From the NCBI GenBank assembly GCA_023622515.1, contig JAMNZB010000016.1:3118-67117 (forward strand): DNA of 64,000 nucleotides, in the 5' to 3' direction. Each line of letters begins with the position of its first letter. Positions within the stretch are counted from its first letter, which is position 1. The translations under genes and the position numbers were made by a program. Below, one piece after another: positions 43,147 to 53,034 of this stretch. The stretch comes from Bacillota bacterium (GTDB taxonomy: Bacteria; Bacillota; Clostridia; Saccharofermentanales; DTU023). Below the pieces are notes generated by a model. The model made no database searches. It worked only from the letters and a program-made list of their open reading frames with translations, and was not told where the DNA came from.

Positions 43147-46100
43147 TTATGCTCGCTCAACTTCTTTCATGTAGAAACATTCAATCGTATCGCCAATCCT
43201 CAGATTGTTGAAGCGGTCAATGCTCAGTCCACATTCATAGCCATGTTGAACTTCACGTACATCATCTTGGAAACGGCGCAAAGAAGCAAACCTGCCCTCG
43301 TGGATGACGATACCGTCACGCACAACGCGGGCTTCTGCACTTCTCCTCATCAGGCCGCTCGTGACATAACAGCCGGCAATTGTACCGACACCTGAAACCT
43401 TATAAATTTCTCGTATTTCCGCATTGCCAAGAACTTCCTCTTCAAATACAGGATCAAGCATACCTTTCATCGCATTTTCAACATCTTCAATCGCTTCATA
43501 TATAACACGATAGAGGCGTATTTCTACATTATTCTCCTTGGCCAGGTCAATAATTGAACTGGGGGGGCGAACATTAAAGCCGATAATAATAGCATTGGAA
43601 ACATCCGCCAGACGAATATCTGATGCATTAACCGCTCCAACGGCCCCATGAATAATATGAACCCGTACTTCCTCATTTGAAAGTTTTTCCAATGAGGAAC
43701 TCATAGCTTGGACTGAACCTTGAACGTCCGCCTTAACAATAATGTTAAGGTCTTTTGTCTCTCCTTGCCCCATCTGTTCGAATAAATTTTCCAAAGACAG
43801 TTTATTTGTGCGACTGAGCTCAAGCTCACGTTCTTCTTCTTGCCTTCTGGCAACCAAGCTGCGAGCCACTTTTTCATTTTCTACTTCATAGAAAATATCT
43901 CCCGCTTCCGGTACCTCAGGTAAGCCCATAATTTCCACGGGCACTGATGGACCGGCTTCTTCAATAATGCCTCCCCGGTCATCAAACATTGCCCGGATAT
44001 TGCCCATCATAGTACCAACAACAAGGGCATCTCCCTGTTGGAGCGTACCTCTCTGGACTAACAAGGTAGCTATAGGCCCCCTATTCTTATCCAAACTTGC
44101 CTCGATAACCGTGCCTTTAGCTTGGCGATTAGGATTAGCCTTGAGTTCCATGACTTCTGCAGTCAAAAGGATCATTTCCAGGAGCTCTTCCATGTTTTCA
44201 CCTGTTTTTGCTGATACGGGAACAATGGTCGTATCACCGCCCCAATCAGATCCTAAGATGTTTTGAGCAGCCAGTTCTTGTTTGACTTTATCAAGATTTG
44301 CCCCGGGCTTATCTATTTTATTGATGGCGACAATAATTTCCGTCTCAGCTGCCCGAGCATGGTTAATCGCCTCGATAGTTTGGGGCATGACACCGTCGTC
44401 AGCAGCAACAACAAGAACAGCGATATCCGTAACTTGTGCTCCTCGCGCCCGAATGGTTGTAAAAGCTTCATGGCCTGGCGTATCAAGGAAGGTTATTTGC
44501 TTTCCATGAACATCAACCATATAAGCTCCTATATGTTGCGTAATCCCACCGGCTTCACGGGCAGCAACCCGACTGGAGCGAATCCAGTCCAAGATAGAGG
44601 TTTTACCGTGGTCTACATGACCCATAACAACGACAACAGGCGGCCTTGCTTCTAAATCTTCTTCAAGATCATCTGAATCATCAAAGAGGATATCTTCCTC
44701 CGTAATTTCAACCTTCTGCTCCGCCTTGATACCGAGCTCATTAGCAATAATGGCTGCCGTGTCAAAGTCGATTTCCTGGTTGAGTGTGGCCATCACACCA
44801 AACTCCATTAACTTTCTAATGACATCCGCACTTGTTTTCTTTATAATTTCCGCAAATTCTTTGACCGTCATGACGGATGGCAAGCTGACTTGCGTCAACT
44901 CCGTCTTAACAGGTGCAGTTTGGCTTTCCGTACGGGCTTTACGCCTTCTTGCACGGCGTACGGCTTCCTGATCAAACTCTATTTCTTCACGGCTTCTCCA
45001 GCTGCTGGTTCGGCGCTCTTGATCACGCTGATTCTTGTTTTTAAAGCTTTTCCTATTTACTTCTTTTTGAACATTTATGACTGTCTCATCCGGCAGGCCT
45101 TCCGTCTTCTTTTTGGGTCTGGGTGACCTGCTGCGACGAGGTGTTTCTTCCTCATCTTTGTCCTTATCCATAAAAGAATCTTGGCGACCGGGCCTACGCT
45201 GAGAACTACTTCTTGTTTCCTGCGGTGGACGCGGGCCGGGTTTACCGGCTCGAGGAGTGCGTTTTTCTTCTGCATAGGCGGGCTTATTTCTATCACGGCC
45301 GACATAACTTCCGCTTTGTGGCCTGATTGGGGTTTTCCCCGCCCTGGCCATTCTCTCTTGGGCAGTAATAATAACGCCTTGATCTGATTTTACACGGGAC
45401 TCTTTCTTCTCCGACCCTGAAGTTGGAGCCTTTTTTGTCTCTTTACTCTTGACAGCTGAGGCGGTCTCCTTTTCTGCCACTTGCCTGGTCTTTTGTCCCA
45501 TAGTTGTAGCCTTCTTGCCACCCACAACAGGTGCCTGAGCCGCAGGAGCTTTCCTTTGAGACCTTTCGCTTTCAGACACTAACTTTCTATCTTGTGGCAA
45601 ATCAGCTTTTACAGCCGGCTCTTTTGGCGGTTCACCGAGAGGCTCTTTTGCCGCCTGCTCTTGCTGTGATAAGTCTTCTGATTTTTTGGGGCGTGAACTT
45701 GTCATTTCCTTTGCCTGTTTTACTTCCACTTTTTCTACAAGCTCAGCTTTTCCGACAGGTCCCATCTCTTCCGGCTTAGCAAATACCGTCTGCACATCAG
45801 GTTCTTTTTGAGAAAGTGCCGAGGCGGCTTGTCTTTGCTCAGCCTCTTTTTCCTTTAGGGAAGTAAGATCTTGAGTAGCTTCCCGACCGGCTTTTGAGGC
45901 TTGCTCCTGTACATCTTCTTCAGGTTTTCTCCTTTTTACCGCTTTAATCACACCTTTGATCATTCTGCCGGAAACACCTTGCACAGCAACCTGAGGCCCT
46001 GAAAGCCCTTCATCTTCTTCCATTTTCTCTTGTGCTACTTTTTGCTCTTCCATCACGTCTTTTTTATCTTCTTCTTTTTTATTTGCCCCCCCACTGTCAC

Positions 46101-46194
46101 GTAGCGGAGGCATTTTGGGGGTCATTTCTTTCAATTCATCTTCGTGTACGAAACCGGCTCGTAGACCTGAATCTGCTTCTTCTCTTCTATTCAT
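43147..46194 (-). CDS. infB: Translation initiation factor IF-2
   Basis: 1015 aa. GTPase motifs [21 protein letters not shown]. Has a ~430 aa Lys/Glu/Pro-rich N-terminal region. Confidence 0.95.
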   Translation of the reverse strand: MNRREEADSGLRAGFVHEDELKEMTPKMPPLRDSGGANKKEEDKKDVMEEQKVAQEKMEEDEGLSGPQVAVQGVSGRMIKGVIKAVKRRKPEEDVQEQASKAGREATQDLTSLKEKEAEQRQAASALSQKEPDVQTVFAKPEEMGPVGKAELVEKVEVKQAKEMTSSRPKKSEDLSQQEQAAKEPLGEPPKEPAVKADLPQDRKLVSESERSQRKAPAAQAPVVGGKKATTMGQKTRQVAEKETASAVKSKETKKAPTSGSEKKESRVKSDQGVIITAQERMARAGKTPIRPQSGSYVGRDRNKPAYAEEKRTPRAGKPGPRPPQETRSSSQRRPGRQDSFMDKDKDEEETPRRSRSPRPKKKTEGLPDETVINVQKEVNRKSFKNKNQRDQERRTSSWRSREEIEFDQEAVRRARRRKARTESQTAPVKTELTQVSLPSVMTVKEFAEIIKKTSADVIRKLMEFGVMATLNQEIDFDTAAIIANELGIKAEQKVEITEEDILFDDSDDLEEDLEARPPVVVVMGHVDHGKTSILDWIRSSRVAAREAGGITQHIGAYMVDVHGKQITFLDTPGHEAFTTIRARGAQVTDIAVLVVAADDGVMPQTIEAINHARAAETEIIVAINKIDKPGANLDKVKQELAAQNILGSDWGGDTTIVPVSAKTGENMEELLEMILLTAEVMELKANPNRQAKGTVIEASLDKNRGPIATLLVQRGTLQQGDALVVGTMMGNIRAMFDDRGGIIEEAGPSVPVEIMGLPEVPEAGDIFYEVENEKVARSLVARRQEEERELELSRTNKLSLENLFEQMGQGETKDLNIIVKADVQGSVQAMSSSLEKLSNEEVRVHIIHGAVGAVNASDIRLADVSNAIIIGFNVRPPSSIIDLAKENNVEIRLYRVIYEAIEDVENAMKGMLDPVFEEEVLGNAEIREIYKVSGVGTIAGCYVTSGLMRRSAEARVVRDGIVIHEGRFASLRRFQDDVREVQHGYECGLSIDRFNNLRIGDTIECFYMKEVERA

Positions 46195-46840
46195 TTTTCA
46201 CCTCCGACTCTTTGTTCCCTTCCACAGAATTTATTTTTTTTCCAAGTAATATGTCCATTATCGCTTCTGAAAATCCTTGATCGTTAACCGAGCATATAGC
46301 TAAACTGCCTCTTCCTAAAGCCTTTGAAAGTTTTTCTTTATTCAAAAGACTTACTGATTGTATCGGGTTGAGCTCAAGGACCTTACGTAATTTTTTCAGT
46401 GTATTTTCTTTTACGTCACCAGCTATCAAGACGAGTTTTGCTTCTTTTGACTTTATCGCTTCTCCGGTTGCATCAAAGCCTAAGCTGAGTTTATTAGCCC
46501 GTCTTGCTAGTCCAAGCAGTTGTAAAACATCACTTTCCCTATTTTCTTTTTTGCAATCAATTTGCTTTTGCTTTGCATGCAGGCCCTCCAAAATTGCCCT
46601 GCTATCCTTATGCAAATTAAAGGGTCTGCGTTTGCCTGATGCGTGCAGAACAGCTTCCATGCATGCATATTCATGACAAAGATATAGGCCTCTACCGGCA
46701 GACTTGCCTCGCAAATCAATATGTGCCTCATTATTTTGATCCATGGTAAACCGCATCAATTCTTTTTGTGGATACCTCTTGCGGCATACCGTACACATAC
46801 GCTCAGCAATGTGCTTTTTCTTTTTTACTGCTTTCGCCAT
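46187..46840 (-). CDS. Fusion protein: YlxR (DUF448/RnpM-like) N-terminal domain plus L7Ae-family YlxQ-like C-terminal domain
   Basis: 217 aa. The N-terminal half has [18 protein letters not shown]...GRGLYLC (YlxR pattern). The C-terminal half has [40 protein letters not shown] (L7Ae/YlxQ pattern). One uninterrupted ORF between nusA and infB. Confidence 0.8.
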   Translation of the reverse strand: MAKAVKKKKHIAERMCTVCRKRYPQKELMRFTMDQNNEAHIDLRGKSAGRGLYLCHEYACMEAVLHASGKRRPFNLHKDSRAILEGLHAKQKQIDCKKENRESDVLQLLGLARRANKLSLGFDATGEAIKSKEAKLVLIAGDVKENTLKKLRKVLELNPIQSVSLLNKEKLSKALGRGSLAICSVNDQGFSEAIMDILLGKKINSVEGNKESEVKNE

Positions 46841-46862
46841 CTTCTGCGAAAACCTCCCTGAA

Positions 46863-48095
46863 TTATTCTACTATTTCATGAAGTTCACCGGTCTCTTCAA
46901 CTTCTGCAACTTCCTCCAACCCGGAAGCTAAGTCATGCTCTGCAGGGTCATCAGCTTCCTCATCTATTTCCAAAGATGCCTCTTCTTCATACTCTTCCTC
47001 GCTTTGCATGATACTTTCATTAAAGCGGGCCAGTAGCTGTTCTTCAATCATTTCATGGTATTGCGACTCGCTCTTAATATCAATTTTCCAATTCGTTAGT
47101 TTTGCCGCAAGCCTTGCATTTTGCCCTTCCCGACCTATCGCCAGAGAAAGCTGGTGGTCAGGCACAACAATGCTTGCTGACATATCGTCTTCATATAAAA
47201 CGACTTGGACAACTTTAGCCGGAGCAAGCGCATTTGTCAGGAAAATCATGACATCCGGATCCCATTCTACAATGTCGATTTTTTCCCCATTCAACTCATT
47301 GATAACCGCTTGCACACGCATTCCGCGTTGACCCACGCAGGCACCAACAGCATCGACGTTAGGATCATGCGTAGCAACAGCAATTTTTGTTCTTGAGCCG
47401 GCTTCACGTGCTATAGAAACAATTTCAACAACCCCGTTGGCAATTTCCGGCACTTCTTGTTCAAACAGTCTCCGCACCAAATTGGGGTGGCTGCGGGAAA
47501 CAAAGACAACGGGACGCGATTTTCTTTCATCCACTTTCAGGATATAGAAACGCATTCGTTGGTTAAAGTCATAATTATCAAGTCTTGACTGTTCCTTTTT
47601 AGGTAGAATTGCTTCAGCCCGGCCAATATCTACAAAAACTTCGTTATAGTCGCGTCTTTGTACAATACCATAGCTCAACTCACCGGTCCGATCATTGAAT
47701 TCCTCACGAATCCGTTCACTTTCTGCCTCATTCAAGCGCTGATTGATAACACTTTTCGCTGCTTGAGCCGCAAGACGCCCCAGCTGAGTTGTATCAACAA
47801 GCATACTAATGACATCACCCACTTCAAATTCAGGACTATAGAGTTGGGCCTCTTCTAAAGAAATCTGCGATTCGGAATCTTCTACTTCAAGCACGATTTC
47901 CTTGTGAATCTCTACATACATTTCTCCTGACTCGCGATCAACTACACCAAAAATATTTTCATTGTTTTTCGCGGTCGGGACCTCTCTTTTATAGGCTGAA
48001 ACTAAGGCTTCTTCAATGGCTTGAAAAATAACTTCCGCGTCTACTCCTCGCTCTTTTTCAATTAATTTTATTGCTTCAATAAAGTCAGCATTCAT
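46863..48095 (-). CDS. nusA: Transcription termination/antitermination factor NusA
   Basis: ORF trimmed to the ATG at 48095 (GGAAAGGGAG RBS). 410 aa with S1 and two KH regions (VGACVGQRGMRVQAV, AIGREGQNARLAAKL) and an acidic C-terminal tail. Confidence 0.95.
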   Translation of the reverse strand: MNADFIEAIKLIEKERGVDAEVIFQAIEEALVSAYKREVPTAKNNENIFGVVDRESGEMYVEIHKEIVLEVEDSESQISLEEAQLYSPEFEVGDVISMLVDTTQLGRLAAQAAKSVINQRLNEAESERIREEFNDRTGELSYGIVQRRDYNEVFVDIGRAEAILPKKEQSRLDNYDFNQRMRFYILKVDERKSRPVVFVSRSHPNLVRRLFEQEVPEIANGVVEIVSIAREAGSRTKIAVATHDPNVDAVGACVGQRGMRVQAVINELNGEKIDIVEWDPDVMIFLTNALAPAKVVQVVLYEDDMSASIVVPDHQLSLAIGREGQNARLAAKLTNWKIDIKSESQYHEMIEEQLLARFNESIMQSEEEYEEEASLEIDEEADDPAEHDLASGLEEVAEVEETGELHEIVE

Positions 48096-48152
48096 TTTTG
48101 CTTCTCCCTTTCCTGGTATATGCATATATACGATTATAGAGATGATATGCTC

Positions 48153-48626
48153 CTACTTAAAATGGATTACCCTCTTCACTTGCGCGAGCTCATCATAACT
48201 CAGCTCTATTACTTCCCCTTCCAAGGGCCGGACACATATACCCTCTTCATCTGCTTCAATAAGTTTTGCGGTAAATTTCTTCATCCCGTCTTTCTTCCGG
48301 TAAAGGCTGATGTCTAAATCCTCCCCCTTGTGCAAAATGAATTCAATGGGGCTGACCAAGGCGCGATCCAGTCCGGGAGATTGGACCTCAAAATAGTCAT
48401 GCTTATCCTCACCCCACTCATCAAGAAGAGCATCACAGCAACGGCTAACACGCTCACAATCATCAATTGTGACGCCCCCCATTTTATCGATATAAAGACG
48501 CAGAAAGCGTTTTTTGTTTTCCGTCTTGAAGCGTAGGTCGATAAGTTCACAACCTTTTCCTCTAACCGGCTCTTGCAGGCGGAGAAACAATTGCTCTTCA
48601 TGCTTATTTCGGTTTGACTTAGCCAT
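48153..48626 (-). CDS. rimP: Ribosome maturation factor RimP
   Basis: ORF 48153..48710 trimmed to the ATG at 48626; the upstream part of the ORF spans a terminator hairpin. 157 aa, immediately upstream of nusA. Confidence 0.85.
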   Translation of the reverse strand: MAKSNRNKHEEQLFLRLQEPVRGKGCELIDLRFKTENKKRFLRLYIDKMGGVTIDDCERVSRCCDALLDEWGEDKHDYFEVQSPGLDRALVSPIEFILHKGEDLDISLYRKKDGMKKFTAKLIEADEEGICVRPLEGEVIELSYDELAQVKRVIHFK

Positions 48627-48640
48627 TTTGCACCCTTTCC

Positions 48641-48669
48641 AAAAAATAAGAGCGGGACACTCCCGCTCT
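48641..48669 (-). terminator. Intrinsic terminator located 15 nt upstream of the rimP ATG (mscL terminator and/or rimP-nusA leader attenuator)
   Basis: Minus strand: AGAGCGGGA gtg TCCCGCTCT (9-bp GC-rich stem, 3-nt loop) followed by TATTTTTT. The rimP RBS GGAAAGGG comes next. Confidence 0.8.
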
Positions 48670-48696
48670 CGAAGATTCTCTACCGATAGCACTATA

Positions 48697-48725
48697 AGTA
48701 TACCAAGCAAACAGGCAGTTTACAA
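48697..48725 (-). promoter_or_regulatory. Candidate sigma-A promoter of the rimP-nusA-infB operon, upstream of the leader terminator
   Basis: Minus strand: TTGTAA, 17 nt spacer, TGgTATACT (extended -10). It lies between the mscL stop and the hairpin. Confidence 0.55.
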
Positions 48726-48846
48726 GTGTAAATCCCATTTACCTGAGGGCTTCCTTCCTATCCTTCTGTTCTACAATCAAATCTGCTTTAAAATCTTTCA
48801 AATGTACTTAATGAATTGAGGCTTTATCGCCTGCATTTTTCTCAGC

Positions 48847-49230
48847 TTACTTGTCTTTTCTCAATGCGTCTCTAATCTCTTCCAACAACAAAACCTCTGC
48901 AGATTTTTTCGGTTCTTCTTCCGCAACCGCTTCCTCTTTTTTGCGACTTAATTTATTTAGACTTTTAACCATGAGGAAAATAAAGAGAGCAATAATGAGG
49001 AAATTAATTACAGCTTGAATTAAGTTGCCATATGTTAACACAACTTTGTCACCCAAATTAATGGATAAATCGGTAAAGTTAATACCGGCGGTAAGAAAGC
49101 CGATAATAGGCATTAGGATATCAGCAACCACTGAATTAATTATGGTGCTGAAAGCACCACCAATAACAATACCGATTGCCATATCCATGACATTGCCGCG
49201 CATGATAAACTCTCGAAATTCCTTAAGCAT
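48847..49230 (-). CDS. mscL: Large-conductance mechanosensitive channel
   Basis: 127 aa. The sequence MLKEFREFIMRGNVMDMAIGIVIGGAFSTIINSVVADILMPIIG is a classic MscL N-terminus and TM1. Confidence 0.95.
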   Translation of the reverse strand: MLKEFREFIMRGNVMDMAIGIVIGGAFSTIINSVVADILMPIIGFLTAGINFTDLSINLGDKVVLTYGNLIQAVINFLIIALFIFLMVKSLNKLSRKKEEAVAEEEPKKSAEVLLLEEIRDALRKDK

Positions 49231-49300
49231 AAAGACTTCCTTTTACATCAATTATGTATTGCCGCTTATATTACCGGCTTGCCTAAACATATGATAAAAC

Positions 49301-49723
49301 TTATTCGTGGTAGCTAACGTAGCCGGCAACCGATTCAGGAAGATTGTTGGGATCTTCACTAATGCTGACAATAACCTTTACATCCCACTTCTTAGAGAGT
49401 TCATCAAGTCTGGCCATAAACTCTTCAAGCCCTTCCAGCCCCGCTTCCTTAGCAACCTTATAGACACTATCAACAAAAATATGAGAAATATCGAAATCTT
49501 TGGCAATGATACCGGCTATAAATGCAAGAAGTTCGCCGTAACCCTGTACAGGATATTCTTCAATATCCACTAAGCGAACTCTAAATGGTATCCGTCCATC
49601 AAACCTTTTTCCATATTCAATGCAAACGATATTATTTTCATCATTATCAGAAAGTGTTGTTATTTGGTCTAAAATTGTCGCTGTTTTACCAACACCTTTT
49701 AAACCAACAATTGCTTCAATCAT
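49301..49723 (-). CDS. Uncharacterised mini P-loop NTPase-like protein
   Basis: ORF trimmed to the ATG at 49723 (AAAGGGG RBS). 140 aa with a Walker A-like GLKGVGKT at residues 7-14 and a Walker B-like HIFVDS. I do not recognise the family. Confidence 0.55.
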   Translation of the reverse strand: MIEAIVGLKGVGKTATILDQITTLSDNDENNIVCIEYGKRFDGRIPFRVRLVDIEEYPVQGYGELLAFIAGIIAKDFDISHIFVDSVYKVAKEAGLEGLEEFMARLDELSKKWDVKVIVSISEDPNNLPESVAGYVSYHE

Positions 49724-49774
49724 AGTATGCACCCCTTTCATAATTAGCAACAGCTTTGTTTCTCATTTTCTTTG

Positions 49775-49803
49775 ATTATAGCAGAAAACAATCCGGTCTG
49801 AAG
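49775..49803 (-). promoter_or_regulatory. Candidate promoter for the P-loop gene (and possibly mscL)
   Basis: Minus strand: TTCAGA/CTTCAG, 16-17 nt spacer, TATAAT. It lies about 50 nt upstream of the ATG at 49723. Confidence 0.4.
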
Positions 49804-50089
49804 TATAAATTAATTTTGAGTCTCGATGAATTCTTTTTTGCCCTCTTACTTTTTTCACATATTCATTCTTTGTACTTTCAGCTCTTTATGCTCTTCTTTT
49901 GGGGATATCCCACAAGTAAAAGAGCAGTAATGATTCTTTTTCCTTTTTTGTTTAAAATATCGGGTATATACTAATTAGGTGTATTTGCCTTAAAATTATG
50001 TCATTCTTAACATAAGAACACATTATGACTTAGAGAAGAAGGGAGGTTGGGTAGTCGCTTAGCTAATAAGCTTTCTACTCCATGAAAAT

Positions 50090-51304
50090 ATGCTTAGCCT
50101 AAATACGAGGATAATAAAATGTATAACAATATCCGTGTCAGTCTTCTTGCTTTTAATTTGCCTGTCTCCTCTTATGAATTTGGCTCATAGGAGGGATGAA
50201 AACAGATCTGAGTTTTACAACAGGGACGTTGCCGCAAGCCCTACTTCCCCGCCGCCACTAGGACCAAGGAGCACAAGCGACTATTTGCTGGAAGAAGCTG
50301 CGCAAATTAGGCCCACTTCCCCACCGCCAATACGGGAAAACAATCAAGCAAAAAGGGCTGACCAAGCTATAAAACCAACATCACCACCGCCAATAAGAGA
50401 AAATGACAGAACAAGGGAAGCCGGCAAGGCAACAGGACCGACCTCTCCGCCGGCAATTAGTCGTAAGGATCTTGCCCAAGAAGAAAAAAAGGTCGCCGGA
50501 CCCACTTCGCCACCGGCCTTGAAGCAGGAAGAGCTTGCTACTAGAGAGGCAGGTCCTACTTCGCCACCGGCCTTGAAGCAGGAAGAGCTTGCTACTAGAG
50601 AGGCAGGTCCTACTTCGCCCCCACCAATCTCTTCTCCTGCAAAATCAGCCGGACGAGATGCTGCGGGAGCTGAATCAACTGAAAAGCTCTTACAAGGACA
50701 ATACAAATATATTGCCCTAACCTTTGATGATGGGCCACATACTGCGTATGACACCCGGATTCTTAACGCCTTAAATAAAGTTCAAGGGAAGGCTACCTTC
50801 TTTATGGTGGGAAGTGCCATTCCCTACAACGCGGAGATTGTCCGAAAAATTGCTGAACAAGGTTCGGAAATTGCTAATCATTCCTATAATCACCCTGATT
50901 TCACAAGGCTTTCTGCCGCACAAATAGCTGAACAGCTAAACCTTACCAGTAATTTAATTGCTGAATATTCCGGAAGCTATCCCAAGTACATGCGTGTACC
51001 CTATGGCAGCTATAACGCTTTTGTCATGAGCCAAATCCCCTATCCTGTTATTTTATGGAGTCTTGATACCCAGGATTGGCTATATCGCGATGCCCAATAT
51101 GTTGCTTCACAAATGATAAATGCTCCCGCCGGCTCTATTATTCTCTTGCATTCTATTCACCCGACAACAGCCCAGGCTGTAGAAATAGCCCTTCCGCAGA
51201 TGTACAAAGCCGGCTATCGCTTTGTCACCCTAAGTGAGTTGTTTGCCTTATATGGGAAAACAGTAAGCCCCTATACATTTTACTATTCCGTTACCTCGCC
51301 CTGA
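50090..51304 (+). CDS. Membrane-anchored polysaccharide (peptidoglycan-type) deacetylase with a PTSPP-repeat linker
   Basis: 404 aa with an N-terminal TM helix. About 150 aa carry 8 PTSPP(P/A) motifs. The C-terminal NodB domain has ALTFDDGP, HSYNHP and LLHS. No convincing RBS at the annotated ATG. Confidence 0.8.
   Translation: MLSLNTRIIKCITISVSVFLLLICLSPLMNLAHRRDENRSEFYNRDVAASPTSPPPLGPRSTSDYLLEEAAQIRPTSPPPIRENNQAKRADQAIKPTSPPPIRENDRTREAGKATGPTSPPAISRKDLAQEEKKVAGPTSPPALKQEELATREAGPTSPPALKQEELATREAGPTSPPPISSPAKSAGRDAAGAESTEKLLQGQYKYIALTFDDGPHTAYDTRILNALNKVQGKATFFMVGSAIPYNAEIVRKIAEQGSEIANHSYNHPDFTRLSAAQIAEQLNLTSNLIAEYSGSYPKYMRVPYGSYNAFVMSQIPYPVILWSLDTQDWLYRDAQYVASQMINAPAGSIILLHSIHPTTAQAVEIALPQMYKAGYRFVTLSELFALYGKTVSPYTFYYSVTSP
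50504..50619 (+). repeat. Perfect 54-bp tandem duplication (2.1 copies) inside the deacetylase linker
   Basis: The unit acttcgccaccggccttgaagcaggaagagcttgctactagagaggcaggtcct starts at 50504 and again at 50558. A third copy starts at 50612 and diverges after 8 nt. Each unit encodes TSPPALKQEELATREAGP. Confidence 0.95.
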
Positions 51305-51365
51305 GAGCAAGCCCCTTAGGCACTAACAATGATTCTTTTTAATTCTTTGTATAAGCTTATAAGCC

Positions 51366-51401
51366 AAAGGGCTTTCTTGCAAAAACGCAGGAAAGCCCTT
51401 T
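51366..51401. terminator. Bidirectional hairpin between the convergent deacetylase and gdh genes
   Basis: An 11-bp perfect stem, aaagggctttc (51366-51376) with gaaagcccttt (51391-51401). The A/T runs are part of the stem ends. Confidence 0.6.
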
Positions 51402-51443
51402 CAACATATTTAATTCACCGGGGAATCTTGTCCCGTATTTTCC

Positions 51444-52712
51444 TTATGCCCAGCCACGGAGTTTCATGGCTTCGTAGGTATCTTTTACAGAGACCAGGTA
51501 GGCTGCTTTACGCAGGCTGACCTTTTTCTCTTCTGCTAATGTCCATATTTTGTCAAAGGCAATACGTGTTTTCTCTTCTTGCTTTGCAAAGACCTCAGAC
51601 TCATCCCAGTAATAGCCTTGGAGATTTTGTACCCACTCAAAGTAGGAGACCGTTACACCACCTGCATTGGTGAGAATGTCGGGTGTAAGGAGAATGCCTC
51701 TTTCGGCAAGCACTTTATCGCCTTCCGGTGTTGTCGGACCGTTAGCCGCTTCAGCCACTAACTTACAATTCAGTTTTTCAGCTACTTCACCGGTAATGGC
51801 ATTTTCCAGAGCTGCAGGTACCACAATATCTACAGCTAATTTCCAGAACTCATCTACAGAAATAGCTTGTGCACCCGGGAAGCCTACGAGATTCTTGTTT
51901 TCTGCAACATAGGCAACCATTTCATCATAATCCAGACCTTCTTCTGAATAAATAGCATAGGTACCGTTTTTCGGTTCCCATTCACTGATGGCAACGACCT
52001 TTGTGCCATTTTCTACCATGTTTTTCACAGTAAAGCGACCGGCATTACCAAAGCCTTGAACCGCAACGGTAGCTTCTTCCATGTTAATGCCAAGTTTTTC
52101 CGCAGCCAGTTTTGCTACGAGGTAAATACCATAGCCTGTCGCTTCACCACGACCCTGCGAACCACCCCAGCGAACATCCTTACCGGTAAATACGCCAAGA
52201 GAACTGTCTTCTCCGGTCAATTTGATATATTCATCCGTCATCCAGCTCATAACTTGAGCATTGGTGCCTACATCCGGGGCAGGAATATCAAACTTTTCGC
52301 CAATCAACTTGTAAACACCGCGCACATAACCTCTTGCTACGGCTTCGAGCTCACGTTTCGAAAGACTCAAGGGGTCACAAATGACGCCACCCTTACCCCC
52401 ACCGTAAGGAACGGACATAACACCGCATTTGAAGGTCATCCATATGGAGAGAGCCTTTACTTCATCATAGTTGACTTGCGGATGGAAGCGAATACCACCC
52501 TTATAAGGACCAACAGCGTTATTATGCTGGCTCCGCCACCCTTTGAACATTTTCAGTGTGCCATCATCCATGCGCACAGGGAAATTTACTTCTAAGACAC
52601 GTTGTGGTTCACTTAACAAAGCGTAGGCTTCATCGTCATAGCCAAGCGCATCACAGGCTGCCTTGATTTGTGCTTGTGCACTTTCGAAAGGATTCAGGTT
52701 GTCTTTGGTCAT
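51444..52712 (-). CDS. gdh: Glutamate dehydrogenase
   Basis: 422 aa. Motifs: KGGIRFHP, PYGGGKGGV (catalytic Lys region), VQGFGNAG (dinucleotide fold). Confidence 0.95.
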   Translation of the reverse strand: MTKDNLNPFESAQAQIKAACDALGYDDEAYALLSEPQRVLEVNFPVRMDDGTLKMFKGWRSQHNNAVGPYKGGIRFHPQVNYDEVKALSIWMTFKCGVMSVPYGGGKGGVICDPLSLSKRELEAVARGYVRGVYKLIGEKFDIPAPDVGTNAQVMSWMTDEYIKLTGEDSSLGVFTGKDVRWGGSQGRGEATGYGIYLVAKLAAEKLGINMEEATVAVQGFGNAGRFTVKNMVENGTKVVAISEWEPKNGTYAIYSEEGLDYDEMVAYVAENKNLVGFPGAQAISVDEFWKLAVDIVVPAALENAITGEVAEKLNCKLVAEAANGPTTPEGDKVLAERGILLTPDILTNAGGVTVSYFEWVQNLQGYYWDESEVFAKQEEKTRIAFDKIWTLAEEKKVSLRKAAYLVSVKDTYEAMKLRGWA

Positions 52713-52847
52713 TATATTTTCCTCCTAATTTAATAAATAGCATTTCCACACTCCTCTAATGGAAAATTGCTAAACTCATAAGTAAATTATATCATATTTG
52801 TGTGCAGAGATAATAAAGAGATTAAAGCAAAAATTTAGAAAAAAAGT

Positions 52848-52876
52848 TTCACACTCTTCTCTTTTTGCGTTATACT
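52848..52876 (+). promoter_or_regulatory. Candidate promoter for tRNA-Gly
   Basis: TTCACA, 17 nt spacer, TATACT. It lies about 75 nt upstream of the tRNA 5' end. Confidence 0.45.
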
Positions 52877-52953
52877 GTTCAGGCAGTCCGGTTTTACAAA
52901 GACATTGCTTTTACTTCCGGATTATTACTCGTTTTAGACTGTTTCTCAGTTTT

Positions 52954-53027
52954 GCGGGCGTAGTTCAATGGTAGAACATCAGCTTCCCAAGCTGAATACG
53001 CGGGTTCGATTCCCGTCGCCCGCTCCA
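52954..53027 (+). tRNA. tRNA-Gly (anticodon CCC), CCA encoded
   Basis: Folded by hand. Acceptor GCGGGCG/CGCCCGC, D arm GTTC-AATGGTA-GAAC, anticodon arm TCAGC-TTCCCAA-GCTGA, T arm GCGGG-TTCGATT-CCCGT, then T-CCA. Confidence 0.9.
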
Positions 53028-53034
53028 CCAATGT

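Noticed and set aside
49756-49974. 72-aa hydrophobic plus-strand ORF (TTG start) in the P-loop/deacetylase spacer
   Set aside because: It has no RBS, and its AT-rich Phe/Leu-rich translation looks spurious. The region more plausibly holds divergent promoters.
50344-50754. 136-aa minus-strand ORF with repeated GGEVGPA units
   Set aside because: It mirrors the PTSPP repeat region of the deacetylase gene. Its repetitiveness is inherited from the sense-strand repeats.
52056-52595. 179-aa plus-strand ORF
   Set aside because: It is antisense to the strongly supported gdh gene and has no recognisable motif.
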